Positions 62,026 through 64,000 of a stretch of DNA of 64,000 nucleotides are shown one piece after another. The notes below the pieces were generated by a model that worked only from the letters and a program-made list of their open reading frames with translations, searched no databases and was not told the DNA's origin. The translations under genes were made by a program, and so were the position numbers. The first letter of the stretch is position 1. Every line of letters starts with the position of its first letter. The stretch covers positions 12,154,238 through 12,218,237 of the forward strand of contig OZ316892.1 of NCBI GenBank assembly GCA_973895155.1, read 5' to 3'. Origin of the DNA: Marsupella aquatica (lineage: Eukaryota; Plantae; Marchantiophyta).

Positions 62026-64000
62026 AAGTGTTGCTTTTGTGGAGTGTCGTGTGTTCACGTCCTCTGATAAGCACCTTCGATCAGCAAGGTGAGCAGGAGC
62101 TGTACTTGCCTCACCAACAACAACCAACCTTAAATTATCAGTTCCCACTCACTGTGTCATTCCATTGGTTCCAGCTAGGGGTCACAATGTAAACATAGCA
62201 TGAAACACTCTTAATCAACTTGCTTACAAACTACAATATCCAGAAAGAGTGAAAGTCTCACCCTCCAGTGAGCAGCAGAGAGGTAGTTCACTGGATGTGT
62301 TGATGTGCAGTTAAACCTCCACTATTGCTTACTTCTGGTGTATGCTGCTCAGTCGAAGACATATTAGTAGCAGCAAATTGCAAATAATGGCCATAAGCAA
62401 ACCGTGAGAGTTTGCAGAATGCTACGACAACTATTCATCCATCACAACAGTGCTCCACAGGAATGAAACCAAGCAAAATTTGGTGACCTCGGCCAATGAC
62501 AAGGCCAATGTAGTTCACAATCCTTGACCGATCAGGATATGGATTGGAATTACAATTAGTCAGCTCTTCTTCTTTGTTTCCTAACTCTGCGGGAAATGAG
62601 CATGACAAGGGAATTCTCTGAGAAATAGAAGTGCACAGGGAAAATGAAATTGACTCATTGAGCTGCGCAAGATGACCACTACAGCATACTTGGACAGTAG
62701 GTTCCGCAATCCATAAAATCCCCGTCTGACGTATTTAAGCAGTGCAATTTAAGCAGTCAGATGCTACATAGCAATTAAGCACAAAGGCTACTTCATGTCT
62801 GTTTACATAGAATTTTGGATTGAAGTAATGAGAGCTATACATTTAAACTTACGGTGCCAACTCCGTCAGTAGTTGCTGAAAATGGCATGGGAAACACTGG
62901 TATGACAGGAACTCAAGGAAACATTTGCGGCAATGTCTTCACAGGAAAAGAAGAATTGCTAAGTACAGTATTCTTAATAGTAGTTTCGTTCTAATTCTGA
63001 AATCTACACATAGGACGGAAACCCAGGACATTTCTCATGAAAATTGAAGATCCATTCGACAACTCCATGACAGCCTATTCCGCATTGTGTCCGTCCCATG
63101 CAAGCAAGGGGTGTTCAGCCGAGCTTAGTCTAACCACGAATGATTGTTCTGGAAGCAGTTGCGATAATGTTTTGGTAATTTTCTCCTATATCCAACTCAG
63201 TAGCTCACAAACATGGCATTGGACCCATTAAAAAATTATACTTGCCATCATTCTCAACTGTATTACATGGCCCACACTGCTGATGTCCCTGACTCTTAAG
63301 GGAAACTCATCTCCTGGGCCAGCAACATCTCAGATTCTACAAAAATGAGAAACTATGAAGACTTATTGAAGTCATATCCTGTGATTGTAGCATGTATGAT
63401 TTGCTGGGACTACAAGCAGTTCTAGATCCTGCTGCACTTTATATACAACAGCAACCTGAGCTACATGAACTTGTTTTTAATAGACGTGCGTTTGACCACG
63501 GCTACAACTCCAAAACAATCAGTCACCCAATCAAATCATAACAAACCCACCCGCAAGCTGAATGTAGAGGATAGAGATAGAGAAAATCACCGGGGCAATG
63601 AAGTTGGATCACAGGGTGCAAAACTAGTACTCAACAGGGTAAGACCGATCACAGCAAACAAAGCACAGAGCTAGACCAACAAAACTCCAGCAAAGATAGT
63701 GTCATGTCCATTTATTTGTAGGGAATGAAGTCGGATCGCAGAGTGTAAAACCAGTAGGGTAAGACAGATCACAACAAACAAAGCTAACACAACAAGCACA
63801 TAGAGGAACAAAACTCCAGCAAGACATAAATTAGACCTCGCAGCTTTTTGACTAGCAAAGGGAGATAGTCTACGCTTTCCATTGCTGGTCACAGCGCGAC
63901 AGGCAATCAGGATGATGCCATGCCGAGTAGAAGAACAACAAAGCATTCTATAAAAAGCATTGAGGTTGGCGTTATAGTAAAAGTGGTAGTACTTCCAGTA

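Larger units (their letters stand above)
51434..62325 (-). mobile_element. CACTA/En-Spm transposon D, other end not found in window
   Basis: TIR CACTAGTAGAAACCGGGG at 51434, ~350 bp of ACGACT/AGTCG/AGTCT subterminal repeats, TnpA-like and TnpD genes. Confidence 0.9.

Noticed and set aside
49079-62325. Foldback/Mutator element with 2.3-kb gene-containing TIRs
   Set aside because: The inner edge of the left arm coincides with a CACTA TIR, and the right arm is continuous with the CACTA gene cluster; nested insertion is simpler.
62330-64000. Further cargo genes or the second TIR of CACTA D
   Set aside because: Only short stop-interrupted frames and a ~130-bp duplication; no TTTCTACTAGTG end seen.

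Overview
Heavily nested, transposon-rich land-plant genomic DNA (spliceosomal introns, Ty1/copia, CACTA, many stop codons explained by C>T changes); no intact host gene is evident and the species cannot be determined from sequence alone. Left to right: (1) a degenerate minus-strand exon mosaic including a coatomer-beta-like exon; (2) three stacked CACTA right ends (10886, 11375, 12509), each with its own subterminal repeats, the outermost cutting a copia gag-pol; (3) a large decayed DNA element (~14.9-44.9 kb) with a DUF7869/Sola-like DDD transposase on +, a divergent ParB-like / amino-DNA-methyltransferase-like / Ulp1 protease / FCP1-like phosphatase gene set on -, and at least 14 dispersed copies of a 19-bp palindrome (CTACRCGAG-N-CTCGYGTAG); (4) nested inside it, a 9.4-kb TG...CA unit with a 5-bp TSD but no LTR pair or gag-pol, and a full-length young copia (344-bp LTRs, TGCAT TSD); (5) an RPL18a fragment; (6) a CACTA from 51434 with an apparently intact TnpD and co-oriented cargo ORFs (F-box-like, tandem BRCT, EDM2-type composite PHD, Cys-rich), inserted into an inverted homologous copy of its own cargo. 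All family assignments are from motif recognition by eye and need HMM or structure confirmation.
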